DNA of 64,000 nt from an uncultured bacterium (GTDB taxonomy: Bacteria; Auribacterota; UBA3054; JAPLST01). Shown here piece by piece: positions 1-9,885 of this stretch (position 1 is its first letter; every line of letters starts with the position of its first letter). The stretch lies in NCBI GenBank assembly GCA_964397565.1, contig CAYNJC010000025.1:84-64083 (forward strand). Direction: 5' to 3'. The notes beneath the pieces are model-generated. The model was not told the origin of the DNA, searched no databases, and saw nothing but the letters and a program-made list of their open reading frames with translations. The position numbers were made by a program, and so were the translations under genes.

Positions 1-1686
1 GTCACGGCGCTGCGCGACGCGCAGAACACCATCATCGGCTATCTGCTGATCGGCACCGACAACACGGCGCGCAAGCAGATCGAGGCAGAGCAGAAGCAGC
101 TCGCCCAGCGCCTGCGCGACCAGCAGTTCTACACGCGCTCCCTGTTCGAATCCAACATCGACGCGCTGATAACCACCGATCCGTCCGGCATCATCACCGA
201 TGTCAACAAACAGATGGAGGCGCTCACCGGGTGCACGCGCGACGAGCTGATTGGCGCGCCGTTCAAGAGCCACTTCACCGATCCAGATCGGGCCGAAGCG
301 GGGATCAAACTGGTCCTGAGCGAGCAGAAGATCACCGACTACGAACTCACCGCGTGTGCCAGGGACGGCAAGGAAACGGTGGTGTCCTACAATGCAACCA
401 CCTTCTGCGATCGTGACCGGCGATTGCAGGGCGTGTTCGCCGCCGCGCGCGACATCACTGAACGCAAACGCCTGGATCAGGTGCTGCTGGAAAAGAACGT
501 CGAACTGGAACACGCCAGTTCCGTGGCGGACAAAGCCAGCCTCGCCAAATCGGATTTCCTTTCCAGCATGAGCCATGAGCTGCGCAGCCCGCTCAATGCA
601 ATCCTCGGTTTCGCGCAACTGATGGAGTCGGCCTCCCCGTTGCCAACGGACGCGCAGAAGGAAAGCATTGCCCAGATTCTCCAGGCAGGATGGCATCTGC
701 TCAAGCTGATCAACGAAATCCTCGATCTCACCATGATCGAGTCCGGCAAGGTGTCACTCTCGCCGGAATCGGTCGCGCTGGCCGAGGTTATGTTCGAATG
801 CCAGGCCATGATGGAGCCGCAGGCGCAACAGCGTGGCATCTGCATGACCTTTCCCCCCTTCGCTGACGATGCCCCGTTATTTGTCAAGGCCGATCGGACG
901 CGCTTGAAACAAATCATCATCAACCTGCTTTCCAACGCGATCAAATACAACAAGGAGCAGGGCACGGTTATTGTAGGTTGCACCGTGCGCACCCCACAAC
1001 GCATTCGTATCAGCGTCGCGGACACGGGTGCGGGATTGCCTTCGGAAAAGCTGGCGCAATTATTCCAGCCGTTCAATCGTCTCGGCCAAGAAGTCGGCGA
1101 TGTGGCCGGCACGGGCATTGGCTTGGTGGTGACAAAGCGCTTGGCCGAACTGATGGATGGCGTCATCGGCGTGGAAAGCACGGTCGGGGTGGGCAGCGTG
1201 TTTTGGTGCGAACTGACCTCGGCGGCGGCGCCCCGCCTTGCAGTCCACCACGACGAAGCCGAGGCCGTTGCCGCAGCGCACATGCCGCATGCTTCGCCAC
1301 TGCGCACCCTCCTCTATGTCGAGGACAACCCGGCCAACCTACAACTGATTGAGCAACTTATCGCGCGCCACCCCGCGCTGCGCCTGCTGACCGCAGTGAA
1401 CGGGACGAGCGGCATCGAGCGCGCACGCGCCTGCCAGCCGGCGGTGATCCTGATGGACATCAATCTGCCGGACATTAACGGCTTCGAAGCCCTGAAAATC
1501 CTGCGGGCAGACCCGGCCACGACGCACATCCCGGTCATTGCCATCAGCGCCAATGCCATGCCGCGTGACATCACCAAGGGCCGGAAGGCAGGCTTTTTCC
1601 ACTATCTCACCAAGCCCATTAAGGTCAAGGAGTTCATGGACACGCTGAACCTGGCCTTGGAATATGCGGAAAAAGGCACGCCATGA
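1..1686 (+). CDS. Hybrid sensor histidine kinase, 5'-partial (PAS - HisKA - HATPase_c - receiver)
   Basis: Frame 1 is open from base 1, so the gene starts upstream of the window. PAS-like segment, H-box SHELRSPLNAILGF, N/G boxes LLSNAIKYN, DTGAGL, GTGIGL. C-terminal receiver domain (LLYVEDNPANL ... ILMDINLPDINGF ... TKPI). Confidence 0.9.
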   Translation, partial: VTALRDAQNTIIGYLLIGTDNTARKQIEAEQKQLAQRLRDQQFYTRSLFESNIDALITTDPSGIITDVNKQMEALTGCTRDELIGAPFKSHFTDPDRAEAGIKLVLSEQKITDYELTACARDGKETVVSYNATTFCDRDRRLQGVFAAARDITERKRLDQVLLEKNVELEHASSVADKASLAKSDFLSSMSHELRSPLNAILGFAQLMESASPLPTDAQKESIAQILQAGWHLLKLINEILDLTMIESGKVSLSPESVALAEVMFECQAMMEPQAQQRGICMTFPPFADDAPLFVKADRTRLKQIIINLLSNAIKYNKEQGTVIVGCTVRTPQRIRISVADTGAGLPSEKLAQLFQPFNRLGQEVGDVAGTGIGLVVTKRLAELMDGVIGVESTVGVGSVFWCELTSAAAPRLAVHHDEAEAVAAAHMPHASPLRTLLYVEDNPANLQLIEQLIARHPALRLLTAVNGTSGIERARACQPAVILMDINLPDINGFEALKILRADPATTHIPVIAISANAMPRDITKGRKAGFFHYLTKPIKVKEFMDTLNLALEYAEKGTP

Positions 1687-2786
1687 CTGCCACCCAGCAG
1701 CAGCAGGCCCCGCACATCCTGATCGTGGACGACACGCCCGCCAATGTGCTGCTGCTGGTGAGAATGCTGACGGAGCGCGGTTACCAACCACGACCGGTGC
1801 TCAGCGGCAAGCTGGCGTTGCAGGCCGCCCGCGCGGAACCGCCTGACCTGATCCTGCTCGACATCACCATGCCGGTGATGAACGGCTACGAAGTCTGCGC
1901 GCAACTCAAGGCCGACGCGGCGTTGAAAGATATCCCCGTCATTTTCATCAGCGCGCTGCATGAAACGATCGACAAGGTGAAAGCGTTCGGTGTGGGTGGG
2001 GTGGACTATGTGACCAAGCCGTTCCACTTTGAAGAAGTCTATGCCCGCATCCAAACGCATCTGCGCCTGCGCCGGCTGGAGAAACTTCGCGACGACCTTA
2101 CCCACATGTTCGTCCACGATCTGTGCAACCCGCTCTCGGTCATCTTATGTTTTCTGGATGCCCTGCAGTTCCAAGAGAGCCAGAACCTTTCCGACAGCAT
2201 CCGGAAATTCGCCACGCTGGCGCACCGCAGCGCCGAGGAGTTGCGCACCATGATCAGTGCCATCCTCGATGTCAGCAAAATGGAGGCGGATGAGATGCAA
2301 CTCCACTGTGAGCCGTGCGACCTCGACGCACTCATCCGCGCCGTGCTGGCCACGACCCAGCCCTTGCCGGACAACCGCACGGTGACGCTCGCTGCGCCGC
2401 AATCGCCATGCACCATCACGGTGGATGTCGGGTTGATTCGCCGGGTGCTCCAGAACCTGCTCAGCAACGCCCTCAAGTACAGCCCGAGCGGCGGCGCGGT
2501 TCGCATGGTCGTCACCCCATCCCGCAGCGAGGTCCGCGTCGCCGTCATGGATGCCGGCCCCGGCATCGCGCCCGAATATCATCAGCGCATCTTCGAAAAG
2601 TTCGGCCAGGTCGAAGACGGCAAAAATCGCTTCGGCACGGGATTGGGATTAACCTTCTGCAAACTGGCCGTCGAAGCCCACGGCGGCCGCATCGGTGTCG
2701 AAAGCGAAGTTGGCAAAGGCTGCACCTTCTGGTTCGTGCTCCCCTGCCGAACGATAGGCGCGGGACGCGCTAAGACAAGCCGCTAG
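1683..2786 (+). CDS. Receiver-domain/histidine kinase hybrid (REC - HisKA - HATPase_c)
   Basis: N-terminal receiver (ILIVDDTPANV, LLDITMPVMNGY, TKPF) followed by a kinase core (VHDLCNPLSV, LLSNALKYS, DAGPGI, GTGLGL). ATGA overlap with the upstream kinase. Confidence 0.85.
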   Translation: MTATQQQQAPHILIVDDTPANVLLLVRMLTERGYQPRPVLSGKLALQAARAEPPDLILLDITMPVMNGYEVCAQLKADAALKDIPVIFISALHETIDKVKAFGVGGVDYVTKPFHFEEVYARIQTHLRLRRLEKLRDDLTHMFVHDLCNPLSVILCFLDALQFQESQNLSDSIRKFATLAHRSAEELRTMISAILDVSKMEADEMQLHCEPCDLDALIRAVLATTQPLPDNRTVTLAAPQSPCTITVDVGLIRRVLQNLLSNALKYSPSGGAVRMVVTPSRSEVRVAVMDAGPGIAPEYHQRIFEKFGQVEDGKNRFGTGLGLTFCKLAVEAHGGRIGVESEVGKGCTFWFVLPCRTIGAGRAKTSR

Positions 2787-3136
2787 TACTCTTCCGGCAA
2801 CAGCAACAATAGAAATCGCGGCACGGGGGCCGCTCCCCTGCTTAGTAATCGGTATTCGGTGTTCAGCATTCAGTCGCAGCCTGAGCCCTGTACCCTGAAT
2901 CCTGATGAATATCGACTATCGAACAGGGAATAGCCAATACTGATGAATGATGCATGTGGAACAAGAAGAACATCATGTCTTGCATGCTGCGCAGACACTC
3001 ATCACTCATCATTCATCACTCATCATTTCTCCTGAATCCTGACGCCAGCCGGCGCGCCTACAGCAATTTGACGCGCGTTTTAGTACAATATTAATGAATG
3101 AGAGACAGATGTACTAGTTCGACCATAGCACCAATC

Positions 3137-4609
3137 ATGGGATCAGACACTATCCGCGTGCGCTTTGCGCCGAGCCCGACCGGCATGCTGCATGTCGGCG
3201 GCGCGCGCACCGCCTTGTTCAACTGGCTGTTCGCGCGCCATTGCGGCGGCGCCTTCATTGTGCGGATCGAAGACACCGACCGCGCCCGCTTTGACGCGCG
3301 CGCCCTCGATGACATAACCGCCAGTTTGCGCTGGCTCGGCCTGCAATGGGACGAGGGCTATGAAGTTGGCGGGCCGTGCGGCCCGTATGTCCAGTCCGAG
3401 CGCAGCGCGCTCTACCTGCGGCACGCACAGCAATTGCTGGACAGTGGTCACGCCTACAAATGCTATTGCACGCCGGACCAGCTCGCGGCCGCGCGCGAGC
3501 AACAGCAACGCGACGGCAGCGCGCCCGGCTATGACCGCGCCTGCCGCGACCTCAGCCCCGACGCACGCGCCGCGCACGACGCGGCCGGCACGCCGTGTGT
3601 CATCCGCTTTCGCATGCCGTTGACGGGCGCGACCACCTTTACGGATGCGATTCGCGGCGTCATTTCGTATCCCAATGCGCAGCAGGATGATTTTGTGTTG
3701 TTGAAGAGCGATGGCTTCCCGACCTATCATTTGGCCAACATCGTGGATGACCATTTGATGCGGATTTCGCATGTGCTGCGCGGCGATGAATGGATCCCGA
3801 GCACACCCAAACATGTGCAGTTGTACGCGGCCTTCGGCTGGCAGCCGCCGGTGTTTGCGCATCTGCCCGTGATTCTGGCGCCGGGCGGCGGCAAGCTCTC
3901 GAAACGGCATGGCGCCGCGGCCGTCTGCGAATACCGCGCGCGCGGCTATCTGCCGGACGCGCTGGTCAATTTCCTGGCCTTGCTGGGCTGGGCAGTCTCG
4001 TCGGATAATGAGATCGTGCCGCGCGCGCAGATGATTAAAGAGTTCACGCTCGAAGGCATCAACAAGACCGGCGCGCAATTCGATCATGAAAAACTGAACT
4101 GGATGAACGGCGCCTACATTCGGCAATTGCCGCTGGCGGAGTTTATCCGCGAAGTAACGCCGTTTCTGACGGCCGCCGGCGTGCTCACGGGCGATGAGGA
4201 CCACGTGCGGGTCGCGCAGGTCTTGCAGATGGAGCAGGCGCGCGTGCATCTCTTGTCGGATGCGCCGGCCGCCTGTGCATTCTTCTTTGCGGACCCGCTC
4301 GAGTATGAGCCGCAGGCGGTCAAGAAAATTCTGCAGAAGGCCGGCACGCGCGCCCATCTGCAGGCCGTGCACGACCTGCTGGCCGGCGTGCCGAGCGACC
4401 AGTTTGACGCGGCGCATCTGGAAACGCTGCTGCAGGAGTATCTGACCCGCAGCGGGCAGCCGCTGAAAAATATCGTGCATCCCTTGCGCGTCGCGGTCAC
4501 CGGCCGGTCCGCCAGCCCGGGCATTTTTGAAACGCTGGTGGGCATCGGCCAAGCGCGCGTCGTGCAACGCCTCGCCTATGCCGTCGAGCATTTGTGCAAC
4601 ACGCCGTAG
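3137..4609 (+). CDS. gltX: Glutamate--tRNA ligase
   Basis: RVRFAPSPTGMLHVGGARTALFNWLFAR (HIGH-type motif) and KLSKRH (KMSKS-type motif). Internal ATG at 3137 preferred over the ORF-track start at 3098. Confidence 0.9.
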   Translation: MGSDTIRVRFAPSPTGMLHVGGARTALFNWLFARHCGGAFIVRIEDTDRARFDARALDDITASLRWLGLQWDEGYEVGGPCGPYVQSERSALYLRHAQQLLDSGHAYKCYCTPDQLAAAREQQQRDGSAPGYDRACRDLSPDARAAHDAAGTPCVIRFRMPLTGATTFTDAIRGVISYPNAQQDDFVLLKSDGFPTYHLANIVDDHLMRISHVLRGDEWIPSTPKHVQLYAAFGWQPPVFAHLPVILAPGGGKLSKRHGAAAVCEYRARGYLPDALVNFLALLGWAVSSDNEIVPRAQMIKEFTLEGINKTGAQFDHEKLNWMNGAYIRQLPLAEFIREVTPFLTAAGVLTGDEDHVRVAQVLQMEQARVHLLSDAPAACAFFFADPLEYEPQAVKKILQKAGTRAHLQAVHDLLAGVPSDQFDAAHLETLLQEYLTRSGQPLKNIVHPLRVAVTGRSASPGIFETLVGIGQARVVQRLAYAVEHLCNTP

Positions 4610-5208
4610 AACAACAATCGGAGCGGGTAGTCAATCTCGCCAACGCCATCACGCTGGTGCGCATCCTGTGCACCCCGGTGTTTGTGGCGCTGCTGGTGCG
4701 GCATCGCTTGGTGCACAATGTCACGCCGGATGCAGCGGTACTGACGTGGTATCGCCATTGCGCGCTGGGCGTGTTTATCTTCGCTTCGCTGTCGGATGCC
4801 GTGGACGGCTACCTGGCGCGCCGCTTTGGCCAGCGCACCACCGTGGGCGCCTGGCTTGATCCCTTGGCCGACAAATTGTTGTTGACGACCGCAGTGCTGA
4901 CGCTGAGTCTGCCCGTGGGCCTGCCGGAGCGCTTTCCGTTTTGGTTTCCAATTGTGACTTTGACGCGCGATTTCATTATTTTGACCGGCACGGTCCTTCT
5001 TTTCATGCTGCGCGGCAGCGTCGAAATAAAACCGGCCTTAGCCGGCAAATTGACGACCTGCGCGCAAATGCTGTGCGTCATTCTGGCATTGCTGGTGGTG
5101 CCGGCAACGGCCTTGTTCTGGGCGCTGGGCGCCGCGACAGTCTTGACCTGTGTGTCGGGCGCGCAGTATGTGGCGCGTGGCTTCCGGCAAATGAACGCGC
5201 AAGGATGA
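4594..5208 (+). CDS. pgsA: CDP-diacylglycerol--glycerol-3-phosphate 3-phosphatidyltransferase (CDP-alcohol phosphatidyltransferase family)
   Basis: Motif DAVDGYLARRFGQRTTVGAWLDPLAD fits D-x2-DG-x2-AR-x8-G-x3-D-x3-D. Multi-TM protein. First codon is GTG, so the exact start is uncertain. Confidence 0.8.
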   Translation: MQHAVEQQSERVVNLANAITLVRILCTPVFVALLVRHRLVHNVTPDAAVLTWYRHCALGVFIFASLSDAVDGYLARRFGQRTTVGAWLDPLADKLLLTTAVLTLSLPVGLPERFPFWFPIVTLTRDFIILTGTVLLFMLRGSVEIKPALAGKLTTCAQMLCVILALLVVPATALFWALGAATVLTCVSGAQYVARGFRQMNAQG

Positions 5209-5212
5209 ACGC

Positions 5213-6547
5213 ATGACCCGCTTCGCAATTGTAGGCCGGCCGAATGTCGGCAAGTCGGCCTTGTTCAACCGCCTGATTGGCCGGCGTCTCGCGATTGTTG
5301 ACGCCGAAAGCGGCGTGACGCGCGATCGCCTGCACGTCGTGTCCGAATGGCAGGGCACGTATTTCGCGCTGATGGACACGGGCGGCTTGGTCAGCCAGCC
5401 GGACGAGCTCGAGACGCATATCGCCCACCAAGTCGCGCAGGCCGTCGCGGAAGCGGATGTGCTCTTGTTCATGGTGGACGGCCAGTGCGGGCGCCTGCCG
5501 CTGGATGACGAGGTGGCGGCGCGCGTGCGCGCGATCAACAAACCCGTCTGGCTGGTGGTGTCGAAGGCCGACACGCAGGCGCTGGACGATGCCTGGACGG
5601 ATTTTGCCGAGTACGGCTTTGCGCGGCGCTTCACCCTCTCGGCCTTGCATGGGCGTGGGATCAACACCCTGCTGGATGCGATGATCGAGGTTGCCGACGA
5701 CGACGTGCCGACCGAGGCACCGGCCAAGATTTCAATCGCCATCTTAGGCCGGCCTAACGCGGGCAAGTCGTCGCTGCTGAATGCGCTGTTGGGCACGGAT
5801 CGTGCGATTGTCAGCCCGATTCCGGGCACGACCCGCGACGCCGTGGACGCCCACGTGTTGTTCGACTACACGCACAAGCGCGCGCTCCTGCGCGAACAGA
5901 TCATCCTGATTGACACGGCCGGCATCCGCCGCAAGCGCACGATCAAGACGACCCTCGAGTATTATGCGATTCATCGCGCGGAAGCCGCCTTGGCGCGCGC
6001 CAGTGTCGCCATCCTGTTGATGGACGCCGAAGCCGGCGTGACCGTGACCGACAAGAAAATCGCTGCGTTGATCGCCGAGGCCGGCAAGGGCTGCGTCATC
6101 GGCGTCAACAAATGGGACCTGATGGAGAAAGCCACAACCACCCGCGCGTTCAGCGCCTGGGTGCGCGCGCAACTGCCGTTTGTGGCCTATGCCCCGCTGG
6201 TGTTCCTCTCGGCCCGGACGGGCGAGAATGTCCGCCCGCTGGTGCAGCGCGCCTGCAGCGTCCACCATTCAACCCATCTGCGCGTCAGCACCGGCGTGTT
6301 GAACGAGCGCCTGCAAAAGATTTTCACCACGACCCCGCCGCCGATGCTGCGCGGCAAACGCTTGAAATATTACTATGCGACCCAAGTCAGCGTCGCACCG
6401 CCGCGGATCGTCTTGTTTGTCAACGATCCGGAACGCGCGCAACAAGCCTATGCGCAGTATGTCACCAATCAACTGCGCACGGCATTTGACTATACCGGCG
6501 CGCCCGTCGTGCTGGAATGGCGCAAGCGCGACGACGCCCACCGCTAA
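5213..6547 (+). CDS. der: Ribosome-associated GTPase Der (EngA)
   Basis: Two tandem G domains (GRPNVGKSALFN and GRPNAGKSSLLN) plus a KH-like C-terminus. AAGGA Shine-Dalgarno upstream. Confidence 0.92.
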   Translation: MTRFAIVGRPNVGKSALFNRLIGRRLAIVDAESGVTRDRLHVVSEWQGTYFALMDTGGLVSQPDELETHIAHQVAQAVAEADVLLFMVDGQCGRLPLDDEVAARVRAINKPVWLVVSKADTQALDDAWTDFAEYGFARRFTLSALHGRGINTLLDAMIEVADDDVPTEAPAKISIAILGRPNAGKSSLLNALLGTDRAIVSPIPGTTRDAVDAHVLFDYTHKRALLREQIILIDTAGIRRKRTIKTTLEYYAIHRAEAALARASVAILLMDAEAGVTVTDKKIAALIAEAGKGCVIGVNKWDLMEKATTTRAFSAWVRAQLPFVAYAPLVFLSARTGENVRPLVQRACSVHHSTHLRVSTGVLNERLQKIFTTTPPPMLRGKRLKYYYATQVSVAPPRIVLFVNDPERAQQAYAQYVTNQLRTAFDYTGAPVVLEWRKRDDAHR

Positions 6548-6550
6548 CGC

Positions 6551-7162
6551 ATGCTGCTGGTCATTGTGGCATATTTGTGCGGCGCGATTCCGGGCGGCTA
6601 TTTGCTGAACCGCCTGCTGTGGCAGCCGTTGACGCCGCGCATGGCGCGCGCGCTGGCCGGCCGACGCGGCGCCGCACTGTTTCTGCGCGTGGCGCCGCGC
6701 GCTTTGTCGGTCATGGCGGATTTCTGCATCGGTGCGCTGGTCACATGGGCCTTGGCGAATCTGGCAGCGCACTTGCGTGGCACGCGCTGGGAATGGACCA
6801 TCCATCCGCTGGTTTCCGACGGCCTGGTCCATGGCGCAACCCTGATCGCGCTGGTCGTCGGGCATGCCCTGTCCGTCTATATTTGCGGCTGGGGCGGCAA
6901 AGGCATTGCCATGGCGCTGGGCGGTTTCATGATCTTGACGCCGATCCCCAGCCTGGTCGCCATCGGCGTCTTTTGCCTGACCACCGGCGTCACGCGACGC
7001 ATCGGGTTGGGCGGTGTGGCCGGCACGCTGGCCTTGCCCCTGGCGATCTGGTATATGGATCATTCCGCGCTGGTCTACATCGCGGTGGCCGGCTTGCTGT
7101 GTTGCTACACCGTGTTGGTACATGCCGTTGATTTTTTGCCCGGCCACCATGACCAGGCCTAG
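6551..7162 (+). CDS. plsY: Glycerol-3-phosphate acyltransferase PlsY
   Basis: N-terminal YLCGAIPGGYLL and GGKGIAMALGG motifs in a small multi-TM protein. Confidence 0.8.
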   Translation: MLLVIVAYLCGAIPGGYLLNRLLWQPLTPRMARALAGRRGAALFLRVAPRALSVMADFCIGALVTWALANLAAHLRGTRWEWTIHPLVSDGLVHGATLIALVVGHALSVYICGWGGKGIAMALGGFMILTPIPSLVAIGVFCLTTGVTRRIGLGGVAGTLALPLAIWYMDHSALVYIAVAGLLCCYTVLVHAVDFLPGHHDQA

Positions 7163-7658
7163 TCACAGCGTGCGCGTGGCCGTGCAAAATCGCCAGCGGG
7201 CGTGCCCGGTAGACTGCGCGGCCGTGCGCGCCCTGGCCCTGTTTGTCTTGGCGCACGAAGGCCGGCCGGCCAGCGCCGGCGCGACCGTGCGCTTGGTCAG
7301 TGACGCCGCCATGATCGCCTTCAACACCCGCTATTTTGGCAAAACCACACCGACGGATGTCATCAGTTTCCCGGACGCAACGACACCCGGCCACGACGCT
7401 ACCGGCGCGTATGTCGGCGACGTGCTCGTGTCGGTCGAACAAGCCCGGCGGTATGCCCAGGCCCATGCGCTCGCGCCGGACGTCGAGCTGGCCCGCTACG
7501 TGATTCACGGCCTGTTGCATTGTCTGGGCTACGACGATCTAGAACCGCGCGCGCGCCGCCGCATGCTGCCGCGCCAGGAAGCCTTGCTGCGCGCATGGCG
7601 GCGCCAGCCGGCCTGCAGGCCGCTCCTCAAAACGCCTGCAATTAAAGCTCCCCTATAG
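7149..7658 (+). CDS. ybeY: rRNA maturation endoribonuclease YbeY
   Basis: HGLLHCLGYDD zinc-binding motif. Internal ATG at 7149 chosen because the longer ORF (7014) runs through plsY in another frame. Confidence 0.85.
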   Translation: MTRPSHSVRVAVQNRQRACPVDCAAVRALALFVLAHEGRPASAGATVRLVSDAAMIAFNTRYFGKTTPTDVISFPDATTPGHDATGAYVGDVLVSVEQARRYAQAHALAPDVELARYVIHGLLHCLGYDDLEPRARRRMLPRQEALLRAWRRQPACRPLLKTPAIKAPL

Positions 7659-7767
7659 CGCCGCAGTCCCGGCCGTGTCTGGCTGCAGCCTGTCCCGTCC
7701 CGCCCACGACGCAGCGCGCGGATCATGCCGTCATATCGGAATTTTAGTGAAAACGCTATACTAATTC

Positions 7768-9054
7768 ATGCACTCGAATTTGATTATGTGTCTGACGAGC
7801 ATCGCAACATGGTTGGCATTGCAGGCGATTGCGGCAGCGGCGGCGGCGATGCGGATTGCCTTCCTGCGCCTGCACGCGCGCGAGGTGATGGAGATTGATG
7901 ATCTCGATCATGCCACCGCCGCGCATTGGTTGAAAGGCGCGCCGCAGATGCGGGCAGCGGCCGTGGTGACCCACGCCGTGTGCAGCGCCGGCGCGGTGGC
8001 CGCCGCCTTGTGGGTGGCGCAGGCTAGCAATGTATTCTGGCCGCAGGGCGGCGTGGCGCCGGCCCGCATCGTGCTGGTGGCGGTGACGATTGTCACGACC
8101 GGCTGCATGCCCTGGTATCTCGGCACGTATTACGCCCACGGGCTGGTGCGCACCTGCACGCACGTCATGTTTGCGTGGGCGACCGTAACGCGCTACCTGA
8201 ATCTGGCCTTGCTGGCGCTGGGCCGCGCGTGCGCCTGGCTGCTGGGCGTGCGCGGCAGCATCCTGCAGCCGTTCCACACCGAGGAGCACGATTCGCCACT
8301 GGCCGAGATCAGCGGCAATGCCGAGGAAATCGAGGCCGAAGAGCACGAGATGATCAAGTCCATCTTCGAATTCGGCGACACCATTGTGCGCGAAGTCATG
8401 ACACCGCGCACGGCCATGTGCGCCGCATCGGCGACCATATCCTTGCGCGATGCGCTGGCGCTGGCGTGCGAGTCCGGCCATTCACGCCTGCCGGTCTATG
8501 ACGAGACCGTTGATAAAATCATCGGTGTGTTGTACGTGCGCGACGCCCTGGCGCATTGGGACGCGCGCGACAGCGCCAGTTTGCCGGCACTGAAAAGCAT
8601 TGCACGCACCCCGCTCTTTGTCCCGGAAACCAAGAAGGTCAATGAGTTGCTGCGCGACTTCCGCGCCAAGCGCACGCAGTTGGCGATTATTGTGGATGAG
8701 TACGGCGGCACCGCCGGCTTGGTCACGCTCGAAGATCTGCTCGAGGAAATCGTCGGCGATATTGATGATGAATTTGACCAGGCCCAACCGGAAGAGTATG
8801 CCCAGACGGCCCACGACACCTTCGAATTGGACGGCAGCATCCCGGTGTTTGATGTCAATGACTCGCTCAATCTGAATTTGCCCGATGATCAAGGCTTTGA
8901 CACCTTGGCCGGCTTCATCATGTACAAACTCGGCCGCCTGCCCGACGAGGGCGAAGAATTGCGCATGCCGGAGTGGACCCTGCAGGTCTTGCGCGTGGAA
9001 GACCGCCGCATCGATCGCGTCAAAATCACTATGCACGCCAAGCCCAGTCCGTAA
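7768..9054 (+). CDS. CNNM/CorC-HlyC family transporter (DUF21 - CBS pair - CorC_HlyC)
   Basis: N-terminal TM region, EEHEMIKSIFEFGDTIVREVMTPR leading into a CBS pair, and a CorC-type C-terminal domain. Sits downstream of ybeY. Confidence 0.85.
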   Translation: MHSNLIMCLTSIATWLALQAIAAAAAAMRIAFLRLHAREVMEIDDLDHATAAHWLKGAPQMRAAAVVTHAVCSAGAVAAALWVAQASNVFWPQGGVAPARIVLVAVTIVTTGCMPWYLGTYYAHGLVRTCTHVMFAWATVTRYLNLALLALGRACAWLLGVRGSILQPFHTEEHDSPLAEISGNAEEIEAEEHEMIKSIFEFGDTIVREVMTPRTAMCAASATISLRDALALACESGHSRLPVYDETVDKIIGVLYVRDALAHWDARDSASLPALKSIARTPLFVPETKKVNELLRDFRAKRTQLAIIVDEYGGTAGLVTLEDLLEEIVGDIDDEFDQAQPEEYAQTAHDTFELDGSIPVFDVNDSLNLNLPDDQGFDTLAGFIMYKLGRLPDEGEELRMPEWTLQVLRVEDRRIDRVKITMHAKPSP

Positions 9055-9080
9055 ATCTCAAATCTCAAATCTCAAATTTT
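9053..9080. repeat. Heptamer tandem repeat (AAATCTC x3 plus a degenerate copy)
   Basis: aaatctc aaatctc aaatctc aaatttt starts inside the TAA stop of the CorC-like gene and ends 2 nt before the next ATG. Confidence 0.9.
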
Positions 9081-9082
9081 CT

Positions 9083-9673
9083 ATGACCCGCCGCACACTC
9101 CGCTACAGTATTCTGATCGTTTTTCTGGTCACCGTCGTGATCCTGACCGGCTATCTGGCCTATGATGCCCGGGTCTGGTGGAAGGTGAACTTCCGCGAAG
9201 TGACGCCCGGCCGCGTCTATCGCGCCGGCATCTACTCGAAAGACTCGCTGCAGCGCATCCTCAAACGCCAGCCGATCCGCACGGTGCTGCAGTTCTCCGG
9301 CGATGTCACGCCGCGCTTCCTCGAATACGACGCCTTCGTCGCCGCCCAGCCCGGCATGCGGCATATCAAAATGCCGCGCTATGTCACCACCGTGCCGAGC
9401 TATCAGGACACGCTGACGGTCATGGCCATTCTGAACGATTCGAACAATTGGCCGGTACTGGTGCATTGCGAGCACGGCAAAGATCGCACGGGCTATTTCA
9501 TCATGCTCTACCGCATCATGCACGACGGCTGGACCTGGGAGCGCGCGTTGCAGGAGGCGGCCGATTGCCGCATGCGCACTAACGGCCGGCCCCAGCTCGT
9601 GTTGCAGCAGATGCCGGCGCTGCTGGCCGAGCTGCGCGCGTCGAACGCCTTCGCCCAAGCGCAGACGCCCTGA
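9083..9673 (+). CDS. Membrane-anchored protein tyrosine/dual-specificity phosphatase
   Basis: CX5R P-loop HCEHGKDRTG and an N-terminal TM helix. Internal ATG at 9083 chosen because the 8885 start overlaps the preceding gene. Confidence 0.75.
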   Translation: MTRRTLRYSILIVFLVTVVILTGYLAYDARVWWKVNFREVTPGRVYRAGIYSKDSLQRILKRQPIRTVLQFSGDVTPRFLEYDAFVAAQPGMRHIKMPRYVTTVPSYQDTLTVMAILNDSNNWPVLVHCEHGKDRTGYFIMLYRIMHDGWTWERALQEAADCRMRTNGRPQLVLQQMPALLAELRASNAFAQAQTP

Positions 9674-9730
9674 ACAGCCGGCGGTCGCAGACGAGCCGTC
9701 TCAGCTCGTTTCCCATGTGCGCGCAGAGAG

Positions 9731-9762
9731 CCCACGACCCCGCCGTTGGCGGGATCGTGGGT
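9731..9762. repeat. REP-like hairpin (CCCACGAyCCCGCC-GTTG-GGCGGGATCGTGGG)
   Basis: 14-nt arms with one mismatch and a 4-nt loop. Shares the CCCGCC-N4-GGCGGGA core with other intergenic copies in the window. Confidence 0.7.
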
Positions 9763-9783
9763 GAATGAGGTATCGCGCTGACT

Positions 9784-9812
9784 TTGACAAGGCAAAGCGG
9801 TTATGCTATAGT
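9784..9812 (+). promoter_or_regulatory. Sigma70-type promoter TTGACA-N17-TATAGT
   Basis: ttgaca at 9784-9789, a 17-nt spacer ending in TGC, tatagt at 9807-9812. Lies upstream of the 9886 gene. Confidence 0.6.
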
Positions 9813-9885
9813 CTCTGCAAGATCACGCCTACTGAAGTATGCACAATGTAGAATAACACGTTAGCCTCACAGAAAGGAACAAGTT

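Noticed and set aside
3143-4591. Long antisense ORFs opposite well-supported genes. Examples: 3143-4591(-), 16443-17939(-), 25354-26766(-), 28230-30755(-), 35762-37087(-), 6269-7150(-), 14697-15608(-).
   Set aside because: They are shadow ORFs typical of high-G+C DNA. Their translations are Arg/Ala/Gly/His-rich with no motifs, whereas the opposite strand encodes proteins with clear family signatures (GltX, YihY, MiaB, MutS and others).
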